Shown here: piece after piece, positions 18,901-29,447 of the stretch | Layout: each line of letters starts with the position of its first letter | Numbering within the stretch: the stretch's first letter is position 1 | Source of the DNA: Candidatus Thorarchaeota archaeon | GTDB taxonomy: Archaea > Asgardarchaeota > Thorarchaeia > Thorarchaeales > Thorarchaeaceae | Assembly: GCA_016933575.1 (NCBI GenBank) | Contig: JAFGAR010000070.1 | Coordinates: 21,755 to 85,754 of the forward strand | Direction: 5' to 3' | DNA: 64,000 nucleotides | The notes under the pieces: model-generated | Told to the model about the DNA's origin: nothing | The model's database searches: none | The model's input: the letters and a program-made list of their open reading frames with translations, nothing else | Translations under genes and position numbers: made by a program

Positions 18901-20509
18901 CCAGATAGCCTGCTTCCAAACCGTTTGACCAGAACACTTCAATTGAATATGTTCCATTATAATCTGCAATTGAGTCTATATTCCAGAGATAGTTTGTAAG
19001 ACCTCCAGACACTGATACATTTGCAGGTGTATATGTAACCACGCCTCCGTACCAAATTGTGAGATTTGTCATTCCGCTTTCCTGAGGAGTGCCAATTCCA
19101 TCTTCAACTGAAACATCAATATCGACGTCTGTGAGAATACTTACTTTATCTAGGATGGGAATTCCCGTAGAAGAATCAGAAAGATCTATTGCAGTGACAT
19201 AATTATCTGCAGTATTGGTTAGAATCCAAGTGCCATTCGTCAAGTCCGTACAGTAAACTAGACTTCCAATCTTTGTGAAATGTCCATAATCAATACTAGT
19301 GCTATTGTATAGTCCGATTGGAGTCCAATCTGACGGTATTGAAACATTCGCGAAATAAGTTGTTGTACCTGATGCTACTGGAAAGTCTAAAATCATTGAA
19401 ACATTCCAATATACTTGATCTCCTGAATTTATCACATTCCAAATAGTTGATGCAGTGCTCTCTTTCTTATATTGGAGGGTTATGTTATAATCTATGGTAA
19501 TCGACTGGTTCGATTGAAAATTAATTAATGCCATGTCATCATTTGATGTGAATGACCAAGATGTTCCACTTAAGCTGGTTCCATTGCCTGTTAGGGCAAT
19601 TTGCTCTGCGGTGGCATAAGTAAGAGGCGCATTTTCAGTCTTATTCCAAGGTGTATATGTATAGTTGAGTTCAGCTTCTCTTATTTGCCCTGCGTCATAG
19701 ACATCCCAATCATTTGGAGGTGCTACGTCACGTAAGTGATAGCCAGTCTGAAGACCTGCATAGGGATACCTTGCTTCCCACCAGATTGAATTGAACACCC
19801 ATTCATCCACTGGAAAAGGTAAGTATTGACCTATCATATTTGTCCCATCTATAACTACATAGTAGAACGTACTCGCATTCATAATAGCTCCGTCTGGAGA
19901 ACAATCGTGAGTTATTACTTGGTAAAAAGCAGTTTGACTGAATGGTGTTACCCATCCAGTGACATTAGTTTGTTTATCAGAAAAATTACTTCTCACAACG
20001 AGATATGCATGACCCAGAGTGGCTTCGTATTCTGGTGATCGGTAGGTAAGAGAGTAATTTTCCAGTTTTCCATCGTGAGGCTGATTGTAAAATTCTTGAT
20101 ACAATGCATCTGTTATCAATCCTGTATTATTCTCTATTTTGATGGCATCATTAGGATTGATGTTGAATGTCTTACGTTCCGCTGTAGCATTGATATCACT
20201 TGCATTGATTTCTATACTAAATAGTGTCCATCCTGGAATTTGATAGGATGAAAGGTCCAATTGTTCTTGATGGAGTGCATTGTTATATGAGTTCAAAATA
20301 CTCATTGACTGCCCATTAATGAATCGAGTCATTGATAACACGAGATTAGTATCGACTCCATCATTTCCCACATCTGCAATTATTGAATGATCATAAAATG
20401 GATTTGAGGTATTAGTAATCGGAGTCACTGTTGAGGGATTAATATCTGCAATAACGGGAATTATCAGTATTAGCATAAATAAGATGATTGAACTCCGGGT
20501 CTTTCTCAT
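15977..20509 (-). CDS. giant type-I membrane protein: signal peptide, Ig-like ectodomain, TM, cytoplasmic longin-like + wHTH domains, acidic tail
   Basis: hydrophobic N-terminus, T/S/N-rich beta repeats, TM LILISFVVLGIVAATY followed by a basic stop-transfer segment, GTCVF..F....QPDLISGFIAAITS longin signature. Confidence 0.85.
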   Translation of the reverse strand: MRKTRSSIILFMLILIIPVIADINPSTVTPITNTSNPFYDHSIIADVGNDGVDTNLVLSMTRFINGQSMSILNSYNNALHQEQLDLSSYQIPGWTLFSIEINASDINATAERKTFNINPNDAIKIENNTGLITDALYQEFYNQPHDGKLENYSLTYRSPEYEATLGHAYLVVRSNFSDKQTNVTGWVTPFSQTAFYQVITHDCSPDGAIMNASTFYYVVIDGTNMIGQYLPFPVDEWVFNSIWWEARYPYAGLQTGYHLRDVAPPNDWDVYDAGQIREAELNYTYTPWNKTENAPLTYATAEQIALTGNGTSLSGTSWSFTSNDDMALINFQSNQSITIDYNITLQYKKESTASTIWNVINSGDQVYWNVSMILDFPVASGTTTYFANVSIPSDWTPIGLYNSTSIDYGHFTKIGSLVYCTDLTNGTWILTNTADNYVTAIDLSDSSTGIPILDKVSILTDVDIDVSVEDGIGTPQESGMTNLTIWYGGVVTYTPANVSVSGGLTNYLWNIDSIADYNGTYSIEVFWSNGLEAGYLVTEVFVFYSTTLVADDYSISAYADTSSAFSIGVDFDCIFPFLGIDDSLSDVTYSFGAIINATMDDQGNGRWTKDIDTTGMSSCIHLLYIYAEGYALENQSLIIAIDLTYETKPINWTWLQGNDISYLESTNLTVSYVDVNDIRIPGAWVNVTFESHTYNLTWDGIAEVYWIELHGENFTGVPGIISLNVSAWKIGYAPQYNDTLTISVSSETGVVFSVDWNPTDRNITYIEQITITVTYNFNSVPISDAWVRVTFVGYPLVNMTYNPLSEQWEVTLDGSDYLGTTTLTVRASRDGYDQGQETQTLYVTEDIPSLENSWTSSAATTDYATDAPLAMTVRDSIGTIISDAILYITVNGIETVYAVGEYSVNIAPPQTAGIYQVNVTMVRYGYETTTVFLTLSVRATTTISIDALDQEYEQWNLTVTVTYSDSLYSTPITGANVVMTLDGVDYTLAYSAGVYSIEILLDLTPGTYTVAIAASAPLANSASDTFSLLVQGKRSVNLELTSEGDPSIEGQIVSLIATLRYNDTGTPVVGQDIYFVVRITFVNGTQLVRDDSSQYDSTNTNGIATWNFEIPSGSIESIQAEAYYHGSRLLWSAEKAITVGAGTNPLLILFNFFFMDNIGRLILISFVVLGIVAATYNRKIKPKKRAARSSLDNQLQMFVDLESLRHFMAVYLDRGTCVFYHPFTDERIQPDLISGFIAAITSVYGEIKGDGVRGTLEEIQYHGLRLNSYSGDKIIGILILEGEMTPLLKDRLQFFVELFENQYERDLDGWTGLIDCFDPEWVVSTLNSAFNYSWLLPHRFGPTQKVSKTEARILDYIAAVRDERGEFFIRNLLTPLSEMLEESEAKILDRLLALQDKGAIVPVGVQTVLQRQGMGLSNGEPTEIMEGPSTEESEEDMEPVPEDEITEEEPEDIEEEKEEEPTHDKDVDIEPPPSESEKEIDPMEAFVKDVESLLTAKKDEEPKKDNTTEE

Positions 20510-20732
20510 ACTTCAGCCTCACATTGAAAGGTTCAACTATAGTTTGAACGTCTTAGAATTACTGAATCAATGGTTATTACATTTTGATTGTACGGACTAT
20601 TAAGCCACTAACCATTAGTACAATTTCAATCTGCTATTGGTTTGCTAATTATATATAGATATCCTGATTCACTCAACCCTAAGTTATTCCGATTTTTAGA
20701 ATAAACTGTCTATTTATTTCATATGTGCCAAT

Positions 20733-23700
20733 TTAATCCTTCTTCTTAATCAACCTCTTTGAGCCCTGGCGAACTTCCTCCAAACTGGAATCTGATTCTA
20801 ACAAATCTTTTACAATAGACCCTGTCTTGCTAGAAGATAATCCCAAGCGTTCTGATATTTCCGCACGGGTTAATCCAGTATCACTATTCAATATCTCCTG
20901 CCTGGCACGATTTATTGGATCTGTTAATGATATTGATTCAACGGGACTAACATTTGGTGTGGTTACTGGTGATGAGACATCTACAATTCCTGGTCCCCTT
21001 TTTCGTTTCATCAATGCTATAGCAAGAAGTGGAAATGAAACGCCTCCAGCTATTACTGCTATCATTACTGGATTGTTCAAGATTATGTCTAAGATACCAG
21101 AGTTTGGAGCTGTGATAGCTATGTGTCGGGGCGAAGATAATGCTAGCCACGTTGATAATGAGCCATTATATTGAACGACAATATCTAACGCAATTGCATC
21201 CAATGGCACAGTGAATTCGATTGTAGCCACTCCATCGCTGGAGGTCGATGCACCCATGATAGTAATTCGAGAACCATCTTCTGTAATAACAGTAATTGAG
21301 AATACTAGTTGAATACCACTAACTGGAGTACTTTGTTGATGAACTGTAGCTGTTACAAGAAGTACTTCGCCTGTCTGTATCTCTTCCACAGCAGATACTG
21401 AAATCGTATAGGTTGCTTTTTCCAGTATAACAAGATCAATGTATGCGATCTGAGTTTCGCAATCACTGGCTATTACTTCAAGCGACAGGTTGTATGTTCC
21501 TGGTACAAAAGTACTGAGCCAGATTGAAGTCGAATAATTCTGAGAGCCTGCTGAGTATACCAGCGAGTATTCAACACTATTTAGAACCACTTTCACATTG
21601 GCCCAATCAATTGGAATCATATTGTTCGTATCTGCTAACTTAATCGTGATTAGGATTGTTTCGTTTTCGTATTGGGAAATCTGTGAAGTGAATTCAATTT
21701 GGGTTGGTATTGGCATAACATCAATAATGACTTGACCAGTTCCGTTATCATATCCTGCACACTCAAGAAGTATATTCAAAGTATAGCTTCCAGTGTGTAC
21801 TGATCCACCTCCAATCTCAACAATATATGTCCCATTCCCTAAGTCTATCACGTTACTAGTACTAATCCAGTCAATAGATGAGAGAGCCCCACTAATTCCA
21901 CTATTTGTTCTTGTATCGAGGAATGTGAATCTAATGGAAGTAGACTCTCTTGCAAACATCACTAGAGGTTCGGGATTCACTACAATAGTGGGAATGAGTA
22001 AGATAGTAATTTCTAACATGTACGAATGTGTGGAATAGCCATAGGCTAATGTCGTGATGTTGAACGTATGTATACCAACGCCTAGGTCTTGTCCCTCAAT
22101 ATTTAGAACCCAATGGTCTGTACTCCACACTACACTCTGAGTCACTTCTTCTAGAGTGACAACACAAATGGCTCCTTGAATGATGCTCAAATTACTCATT
22201 CTATAGTAGATATCCGCCAGTTCATTTTCATCAAAATAGAACGTGCTTGTGGATGGTAAGACGCTCAATGTTGTGGATTCCTGAATGACTGTTAGAATGT
22301 TCGAATACCATCCGTCACTGTAACCCGTCATATTTGCAGTAACTGTAACATTCCATGTACCAAGGTCAATTTCCGATGCCAGAATACTAAAATGCCATTT
22401 CTTATCAATTGAATTATAGACAAGGTCATAGACTGTACCGTTGATTGAGAGTCGCACGGTTGCCCCAACTATTGGTTGAAAATCTTCAGTGTAAATGACC
22501 GTTAGATTTACAGTATCTGTATAGCTTGGTTGTAAGTTTCCCGGCTCCCAAGTCACAATAAATGAGTTTGCGGCAAGTGTCACATTTACTCCCAAAGTAA
22601 GGTTGGCTCGATGAGTGTAGCCATATAGCCATGCACTGATTGTAGCTTCGTAATAGCCTATGCCTAACTCATTACCGGAAATACTTATTCTCCAAGCATT
22701 TGATGAGTAAGTAAGATTGTAAATGTGCGTATCAATGGTCATATTGACTATTGCTGTATCAGGAACATCTCCTCCATAGTATGTATAATCAACTACTAAC
22801 GTCAGTACGCCTGTGTATTCGATTGTCACATTGCTTGGGTCCCAAATCACGCTAAGTTGATCTGTAATCACTTCACTGACCATCAAGGTTTCTAGAGCTT
22901 CTGCATAAGTATAACCATAGGCATCTGCTCGAATGATAACTGTATGTTCACCTAAGTCAAGATTGATACCGGTCAAATTGAAGTACCAAAGATCTCCAGA
23001 TGATAGTAATGGAATTGGAGTAGTTCCGTCGATTGAGATATTGATATTAACTCCTGTTGGAACTGCTTGACCTGTTAGAACATAGAAGTAGTTAGCAGTG
23101 AGGTCTATCTGACCTAGATAGTCAATTGTAATTGAATTCCAATCAAGATCTAGATTAGTTATAGCCTCAATTATATTGAATTCAATTGAGGCGTTTACTG
23201 CAAACTGATACCCATATTTACTGATGTTTACAACAACGACATGATTACCGAGATTAAATGAGTTGTTGAATTCAAACCAATAGACACCATTTGTTCCATG
23301 TAACACGTAAAGCGTTCCATTAATACTGATTGTCTTAAGCGTCGCGTTCTCGATGAGTGAACCATGGGAGTCTCGATATTCAATCTCAAGGATGATGCTC
23401 TCAGTCCAATCTATAGTATCTGTAAGCCAGGAAGCAATTGCTAGAGTTGGTTCTTCATCAACAGCAAGAGTTGTGGTTGCAAATTGACTTGAGTATACGT
23501 CCCCTGAAGCAAGTATACTCATGCTATAGTTACCTAATCCTGGAGGATTCATATTTCCATAGAATTTATACTGATAACCTCCTATAGAACCATTCCATAT
23601 TAGTGACCAATTATCAAACCCAATCGTGACATTTAGAATCCCTGTTGATATGCTAGTTCCATTACTCATCCTGTAGTAGACAGTTAAAGTTGTAGATTCA

Positions 23701-26700
23701 ATAAAGGTGATTGAATTGCCATTGGACCATGTCACTTGGATAGTTGTCGGATCTTTGGTCAGAGTGAGGTACTCTGATGTGTTATGAGCGATTTTGAAAC
23801 CATACTTTTTAGCATCAACCACAACTGTGTATGTTCCAAATCCCGGTGGAATATCCGATCCATTGAAGCAGATACCATATGAACCTTCAGTTGCATTCCA
23901 TAGGAGATTCCAAGTTTCAATCTCGATAGTAACATTGACCGATGCTCCCAGAATTGGTGATGAATTACTCATCAGATAGTCTACAAACAAGTATGTGTAT
24001 TCAAAATATGACACATTATTCTGATTTGGAGAACTCCATCTGGGTATCAAAGTTGTTATTTCTTCGTTTATGTGGAGATTCAGATAATTGTCAGTCAGCC
24101 CAACAAATCCAAATCTTTCTGCTTTAATCTTCAATTCATGTGTTCCGAATCCAGGCAATGAGTCAAATCCATTGAAAACTAAACGATATGTTTCACTTAG
24201 ACTATGCCAATGTAGCTCCCAGAACATAGTTGTATCGATGGTGACATTGACAGTTGCAAGAGCGATTGGTGTACCATCCGATGTTGTATAGTTCACAACG
24301 AGGATTGTTGATTCAACATAAGAAATATTGTCTCCACCAATCCAATAACAATCAATCATCACTGACTCGGATAGTATTCGTAATGTCTCTAAGTTATATT
24401 CAGCATCCTTATACCCTTCATGTAATATGTAAGTGCTAGAAATATAGAGTCTATGTGTTCCTAGACCTGGGGGATCCATATTACCAGTGAATGTGAATAC
24501 ATAGAGGTGTAGGTCTGAGTCGTACGTTGCTTCCCAGATATCCGTTCCAATTCGAATAGTCACGTACGCATCTTCAACAGGAGAACCATCTGATATGGAA
24601 TAATTGATGTGGATTGTTGCACTCTCTGTGAAAGTAATGGTATTATTTCCGTCCAACCATATGGCATGAAGTGTTGTTGCTTCTTGATTGAATGTGATGG
24701 ACTGCGAAATGTCAATTTGAGAGAGATAGTTTGATTTCCATGCTTGGGCTAGCAAAGTATGAGGTCCAATCACAGGAATGGGGAAAGTATCCCCTGTGAA
24801 GACCACCTCATATGCTTTTTCCGCCTCATTCCAATTTGCAGGCCAAGTCAAGACATATGTAACATTCACTGTTGCCCCTAGTACTGCAGCACCACTTTCC
24901 AATCGGTAATATATCCTGAGTATTGTTGTTTCGAGGTATGTTATTGTATCGCTTGGTACCCATTCAAAGGAAATGGTCGTGTCTTCTCGTCGTATTGTGA
25001 ATTTTTCTTCTAAATCGACAGATGGAAGATAGCCATAGCCAGAAGCATTGATTAATACGTCAAAAGTATCAAAGTAAAAACTACTATCATTACCTCTAAA
25101 CTCCCTTTCATACGCATTGCTAGTACTATTCCAGACGAGGTCCCAGAGAGTCCCATCTATCGTCACATTGAGCATTCCTGTTGTAATTGGTGTTGAGTTA
25201 CTCATGATGTACTGAACAGATAGGATCGTTGTACTATAGTAGGTGATATTATTACCATTAGTCCAAAAGATAACAAGACTGGTGGGTTCTAAGCCAATTG
25301 TCAGCGTTTCTGTATTATTTGATTGGTATTGGAAATCACTCTTTGAGGCATTGATGACTAGTGAATAGGTCATGAAATCTAGCGAGCTATCCGACCCTGA
25401 GAAAGTTCCTTCATAAGCGTGCGATTGAGAGTTCCATGTAAGATTCCACGTGACACTGTTTATTGTGACATTGACAACAGCATCGAGAATCCAAGTATCG
25501 TTATACATCATATAGAAGACTTGCAAAGTTGTATCTTCAACATAGGTGATATTATCACCATTGGTCCAAGTAATTGTCAATTTAGTCGGAATGACTGGAA
25601 TTATCAATTCTTCATCGTTATTTGTCTGGTAACCGAATCCGTAACTCCAAGCTTGGACAATTACAGTATAGGTTCCAACTCCAGGATATACATCCGAACC
25701 ATTGAATCTCAGTTGATAATATTCCGCAGACTCGTTCCAATACATCAACCATGTTCTTGAATTAACTGTTGCATTGATGTATTCTAACACTACTGGTTCA
25801 TCATTGTCATAGTTGTACTCAGCAATCAGGTAAGTATACTCATAGAATCCTGGGTTATTTACTCCATTTGCCCAGTAGACATACAGAGAAGTTGGTTCCT
25901 CAACAAGAGTGACTCTCTCAGTTGGATCCAATACTGCTTCAAATCCTAATCTTGATGCGTGAATAATTACGGTAAATGAGCCAAGTGCTGGTAGATCTTC
26001 AGATCCTTCAATATAGAGGTAGAATTTCTGCGCTGTTGAATTCCATACCATTGGCTTCAGAACACCTGCTACAGTTGCGTTGACAATGGCATCAGATATC
26101 GCACTATTGTTGTTATTCATGATATAATTTACAGTCAGGACACATCTACCCATGTAAGTAGTTTCATTCGTAGGAATCCATTGAACTATGAGTGTTGTTG
26201 CTTCATTTTCAATAGTAAGGGAATCGTTATCAAATACAGTAATGAATCCATATCGAGAAGCGTTAATTGCAAGAGAGTGTGTTCCTAAGCCGGGCGGTGC
26301 ATCACTTCCTGAGAATTCCCATCTATATGTCTGAGTTCCTCCATCCCAAGTAAGGTTCCATGTTGATACGCCAATCGTAATGTATACTATAGCACCTGAA
26401 ATTGGTGTTCCATTAGACATTGTGTAATTGATTGAGATAATCGTTGATTCAACATATGTTATTGTTGACGGACCTATCCATTGCGTATCAATGGTTGTTG
26501 GTTCTGGTCTTAATATCAGATCTTCATCTATATTCTCTTTATTGGCAAAACCGTACTTATCTGCTTTAATTGTCAGCTTATGCGTTCCAAAGCCTGGAGG
26601 CAAATCCGAACCATTGAATATCAAGATGTATGATTCTGATCCATCCCAAATTAGATTCCACGAAGGATATCCGCTGATTGTTACATTCACCATAGCTCCT

Positions 26701-29324
26701 TCAATAGGTGAACCATCACTCATATTGTAGGAAACGATTAGAGTAGTCTGCTGTACAAATGTGATATTGTAATCTGAGGACCATTTGATTGTTAATGAGG
26801 TTGACTCAATATTAATAGTAAATGAAGTAGTGCTGTTTGAATGGTTTTCAAATCCGAATTTTCCAGCCGCAATATTGATGCTATGTGTTCCCAATCCTGG
26901 AAGTACGTCACTACCATTAACAGTCAGATAGTATAGCTTTGAAATTGGATTCCAGTGTAGTTCCCAAGGTGTTGTATCAATTGTTACATTTACGATAGCA
27001 TCCAGTACTGGTTGACCATCAGACATTGTATAATTTACAATTAACATGGAGTCCTGTACATAGGTGATAACATCTCCATTTAACCAAGAAAATGTGAGAG
27101 AAGTGTACTCCTTATGAATCGTAAGTGTCTGAGTTGTGTCACTCTGTTCTCTATATCCTTCCCGCCAAGCCTCTATCTCGAGATTGAAGGCTCCAAATCC
27201 TGGGAATACATCAGTTCCATTGAACGTGATTCTATAGAGGCTTAGGTCTCCATCCCAATGGAGTGAATAAGGTGTTCCATCAATCGTTACATTGACAGTT
27301 GCATCAGTAACCGGGATTCCACCAACTCGATTGTAAGTCACTAACAGACTTGTTGTTTGGACATAAGAGATGTTGTTTGTATTCGACCATTGTACAAAAA
27401 GCGGTTGTGTATCATGAATGAGTAATGCATCAATAATTAAACTCTGGTTTTCTATTGCATACCCTTCAGCATAGACTCTAACAGTATAAATCCCTGAAGA
27501 TTTTCCTGATGTATCAATAGATGCTGTCCAAATTCCATTACTCAAATCTATCAGACTTGTATTAGTGCCTCCATCAAATGAATACATGACCATAGCATAA
27601 GCACCATCCAGTCCTTGAGGCGTGAATGTATCTGTTAGATTGACACTAATGGAAAAACTACTGTCAGTATATGCATCTATTTGATATGACGAAGCAGAGA
27701 AACTAGTAGGATAATAAAGGACCAGCTCTTTAGTTCTGTATCCTGCTTCTGTGCCATTACACCAGTATTCAGTAATTGTATACTGACCATTTGAAAGTGT
27801 AGTTGAACTAATGTCCCATAAGTAATGTGATTTTCCAGTGACTACTGACTGATTATTTGGAGCCCATATTTTGGAACTAAGATGAAAGATCGTGAGATTC
27901 GTAGTACCTGTACCCACGGGATTTAGATCTATATCTGTCAAAGTTGAATTGATATTAATTTCAGAATCTATGGAAGTCTTCGTAAAAACCTCAATATCAT
28001 TTTCTGCATCATAAGTCTGTATTGAAGTTAGATAATTTCGAGATGAGGATATCAGAGTCCAAGTATCGTTGCTTAATTCAGAGCATTGGATGACACTTTG
28101 AAGTCTTTCATAGCTCGAGTGGTTTGTAGATGGTGCTGATGATTTGTAGAGTCCTGACACAATCCATGTTGTTGGTATTGTTAGATTGAGAAATTTCCGT
28201 TCAGCTATCATTGGATATTCAATAGCAGTTGATACATTCCATTCTATATCTTGTCCCGACTCGGTGGCAAACCAATTTGAAGGCGATGATACTGATTTTC
28301 TGTAAGAAAGTACCATTGTATAGGAAATCTCAACAGACTGACTTGAGTCAAATTCTATGCAATCAATATTATCTTCATCAGAAAAAATCCATGTTAATCC
28401 TGAAAGCGCTGATGTGTTACCCCTAATATTTACACTCGTTGGATCCAAGTAGACAAGAGCATTGTTACTGGTCTTATTCCATGGTGTGTATGTATAGTTG
28501 AGTTCGGCTTCTCTCATCTGCCCAGAATCATATTGATCCCAAATACCATCTCTAATGTGATATCCTGTTTCAAGTCCGAGATAGGGATATTGTGCCCTCC
28601 AGTATATTTTATTGAATTTCCATTGACCATCGTAAATCCCCTCCATTCCAGTCCCATCGATAACAACATAGTATTTAGTACTAGCATTTAGAATTGCATT
28701 ATCAAGTGAGCACTCATGAGTGATTGTCACCCAAGACAATCCTTGTTGAAACGGAGTTATCCATGAAGTGATATTTGTCTGTTTATCTGAATAATCACTC
28801 CTTACCACGAGGTAAGCATGTCCAAGATCCGGATAGTATGGATATACTAGTGCACCAAATGTGTAATTTTCTAATTTTCCATCGTGTGGTTGACTATAAA
28901 ATTCCTGATATAATGCATCGTATACGAGCCCTGAAACGTTTTGAGTATTAATGTAGTTATTTGGATTCACACTGAGCCTTTCATGCTCTGCAACAGCAGT
29001 GATCGAACCAACTTCTATTGAAACCTCATACAGTTCCCATGATGGAATATAATATTCTAAAAGGTTCAACTCTCCTACATGCTGATTAATGTTAGAATAG
29101 GAGTTTACAATATGCAAGGATTGTGTACTAATGTTACGTGTCATGAAAGCTATTGAGTCTGATATACTTCCTAATCCTTCGACCGATGCTAAGGTTGAAA
29201 AATTGTGAAAAGTACTATCCTGATTAAATTCACTGGCATAGCTGTTTTCTAAAGTCGTATTTCCTGTTGGAACAGATAATAAGCTAATCATAAGGAAGAC
29301 CATTAAAACAGCCAAACGTTTCAT
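20733..29324 (-). CDS. giant (2863 aa) surface protein with many ~100-aa Ig-like repeats, TM and C-terminal wHTH
   Basis: repeat E.T.L...W....ITY...T.L.V.Y....G.PI..A.VNVTI...L.W...Y...F.G.D..PG.G.H.L.I.A...G; TM then GLTRAEISERLGLSSSKTGSIVKDL. Confidence 0.85.
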   Translation of the reverse strand: MKRLAVLMVFLMISLLSVPTGNTTLENSYASEFNQDSTFHNFSTLASVEGLGSISDSIAFMTRNISTQSLHIVNSYSNINQHVGELNLLEYYIPSWELYEVSIEVGSITAVAEHERLSVNPNNYINTQNVSGLVYDALYQEFYSQPHDGKLENYTFGALVYPYYPDLGHAYLVVRSDYSDKQTNITSWITPFQQGLSWVTITHECSLDNAILNASTKYYVVIDGTGMEGIYDGQWKFNKIYWRAQYPYLGLETGYHIRDGIWDQYDSGQMREAELNYTYTPWNKTSNNALVYLDPTSVNIRGNTSALSGLTWIFSDEDNIDCIEFDSSQSVEISYTMVLSYRKSVSSPSNWFATESGQDIEWNVSTAIEYPMIAERKFLNLTIPTTWIVSGLYKSSAPSTNHSSYERLQSVIQCSELSNDTWTLISSSRNYLTSIQTYDAENDIEVFTKTSIDSEININSTLTDIDLNPVGTGTTNLTIFHLSSKIWAPNNQSVVTGKSHYLWDISSTTLSNGQYTITEYWCNGTEAGYRTKELVLYYPTSFSASSYQIDAYTDSSFSISVNLTDTFTPQGLDGAYAMVMYSFDGGTNTSLIDLSNGIWTASIDTSGKSSGIYTVRVYAEGYAIENQSLIIDALLIHDTQPLFVQWSNTNNISYVQTTSLLVTYNRVGGIPVTDATVNVTIDGTPYSLHWDGDLSLYRITFNGTDVFPGFGAFNLEIEAWREGYREQSDTTQTLTIHKEYTSLTFSWLNGDVITYVQDSMLIVNYTMSDGQPVLDAIVNVTIDTTPWELHWNPISKLYYLTVNGSDVLPGLGTHSINIAAGKFGFENHSNSTTSFTINIESTSLTIKWSSDYNITFVQQTTLIVSYNMSDGSPIEGAMVNVTISGYPSWNLIWDGSESYILIFNGSDLPPGFGTHKLTIKADKYGFANKENIDEDLILRPEPTTIDTQWIGPSTITYVESTIISINYTMSNGTPISGAIVYITIGVSTWNLTWDGGTQTYRWEFSGSDAPPGLGTHSLAINASRYGFITVFDNDSLTIENEATTLIVQWIPTNETTYMGRCVLTVNYIMNNNNSAISDAIVNATVAGVLKPMVWNSTAQKFYLYIEGSEDLPALGSFTVIIHASRLGFEAVLDPTERVTLVEEPTSLYVYWANGVNNPGFYEYTYLIAEYNYDNDEPVVLEYINATVNSRTWLMYWNESAEYYQLRFNGSDVYPGVGTYTVIVQAWSYGFGYQTNNDEELIIPVIPTKLTITWTNGDNITYVEDTTLQVFYMMYNDTWILDAVVNVTINSVTWNLTWNSQSHAYEGTFSGSDSSLDFMTYSLVINASKSDFQYQSNNTETLTIGLEPTSLVIFWTNGNNITYYSTTILSVQYIMSNSTPITTGMLNVTIDGTLWDLVWNSTSNAYEREFRGNDSSFYFDTFDVLINASGYGYLPSVDLEEKFTIRREDTTISFEWVPSDTITYLETTILRIYYRLESGAAVLGATVNVTYVLTWPANWNEAEKAYEVVFTGDTFPIPVIGPHTLLAQAWKSNYLSQIDISQSITFNQEATTLHAIWLDGNNTITFTESATIHINYSISDGSPVEDAYVTIRIGTDIWEATYDSDLHLYVFTFTGNMDPPGLGTHRLYISSTYILHEGYKDAEYNLETLRILSESVMIDCYWIGGDNISYVESTILVVNYTTSDGTPIALATVNVTIDTTMFWELHWHSLSETYRLVFNGFDSLPGFGTHELKIKAERFGFVGLTDNYLNLHINEEITTLIPRWSSPNQNNVSYFEYTYLFVDYLMSNSSPILGASVNVTIEIETWNLLWNATEGSYGICFNGSDIPPGFGTYTVVVDAKKYGFKIAHNTSEYLTLTKDPTTIQVTWSNGNSITFIESTTLTVYYRMSNGTSISTGILNVTIGFDNWSLIWNGSIGGYQYKFYGNMNPPGLGNYSMSILASGDVYSSQFATTTLAVDEEPTLAIASWLTDTIDWTESIILEIEYRDSHGSLIENATLKTISINGTLYVLHGTNGVYWFEFNNSFNLGNHVVVVNISKYGYQFAVNASIEFNIIEAITNLDLDWNSITIDYLGQIDLTANYFYVLTGQAVPTGVNINISIDGTTPIPLLSSGDLWYFNLTGINLDLGEHTVIIRADAYGYTYAEALETLMVSEVITDQLSVIWDPSNVTIEYTGVLTLVVDYTYYGGDVPDTAIVNMTIDTHIYNLTYSSNAWRISISGNELGIGYYEATISAWLYGYTHRANLTLGVNVTLAANSFIVTWEPGNLQPSYTDTVNLTVIYTEDFQPIVGATVRLSINGTVYDLVYNSIDKKWHFSILASEIDLGTWNVTVTANMTGYSDGWYSNILTVIQESTTLSVLPSTSTFYFDENELADIYYRMSNLSIIQGAICVVTLEEVTQSVVWSTDHWVLNIEGQDLGVGIHTFNITTLAYGYSTHSYMLEITILLIPTIVVNPEPLVMFARESTSIRFTFLDTRTNSGISGALSSIDWISTSNVIDLGNGTYIVEIGGGSVHTGSYTLNILLECAGYDNGTGQVIIDVMPIPTQIEFTSQISQYENETILITIKLADTNNMIPIDWANVKVVLNSVEYSLVYSAGSQNYSTSIWLSTFVPGTYNLSLEVIASDCETQIAYIDLVILEKATYTISVSAVEEIQTGEVLLVTATVHQQSTPVSGIQLVFSITVITEDGSRITIMGASTSSDGVATIEFTVPLDAIALDIVVQYNGSLSTWLALSSPRHIAITAPNSGILDIILNNPVMIAVIAGGVSFPLLAIALMKRKRGPGIVDVSSPVTTPNVSPVESISLTDPINRARQEILNSDTGLTRAEISERLGLSSSKTGSIVKDLLESDSSLEEVRQGSKRLIKKKD

Positions 29325-29447
29325 CTTATTTTTCCTCAGGCAACAAACGGTCGATGAACTGCACGACAGATATACATATCTTCCTCATTTTGTTTGAAAA
29401 GGTGAGCTGTTATGTACTACTTTTCATTTAAAGAAGGGTTCGTCGAA

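Noticed and set aside
20733-29324. Diversity-generating retroelement target or DNA-level tandem repeat array
   Set aside because: The repeats are diverged protein-level Ig-like units. There is no reverse transcriptase or adenine-specific TR/VR pair, and differences from the paralog in the block compared look synonymous.
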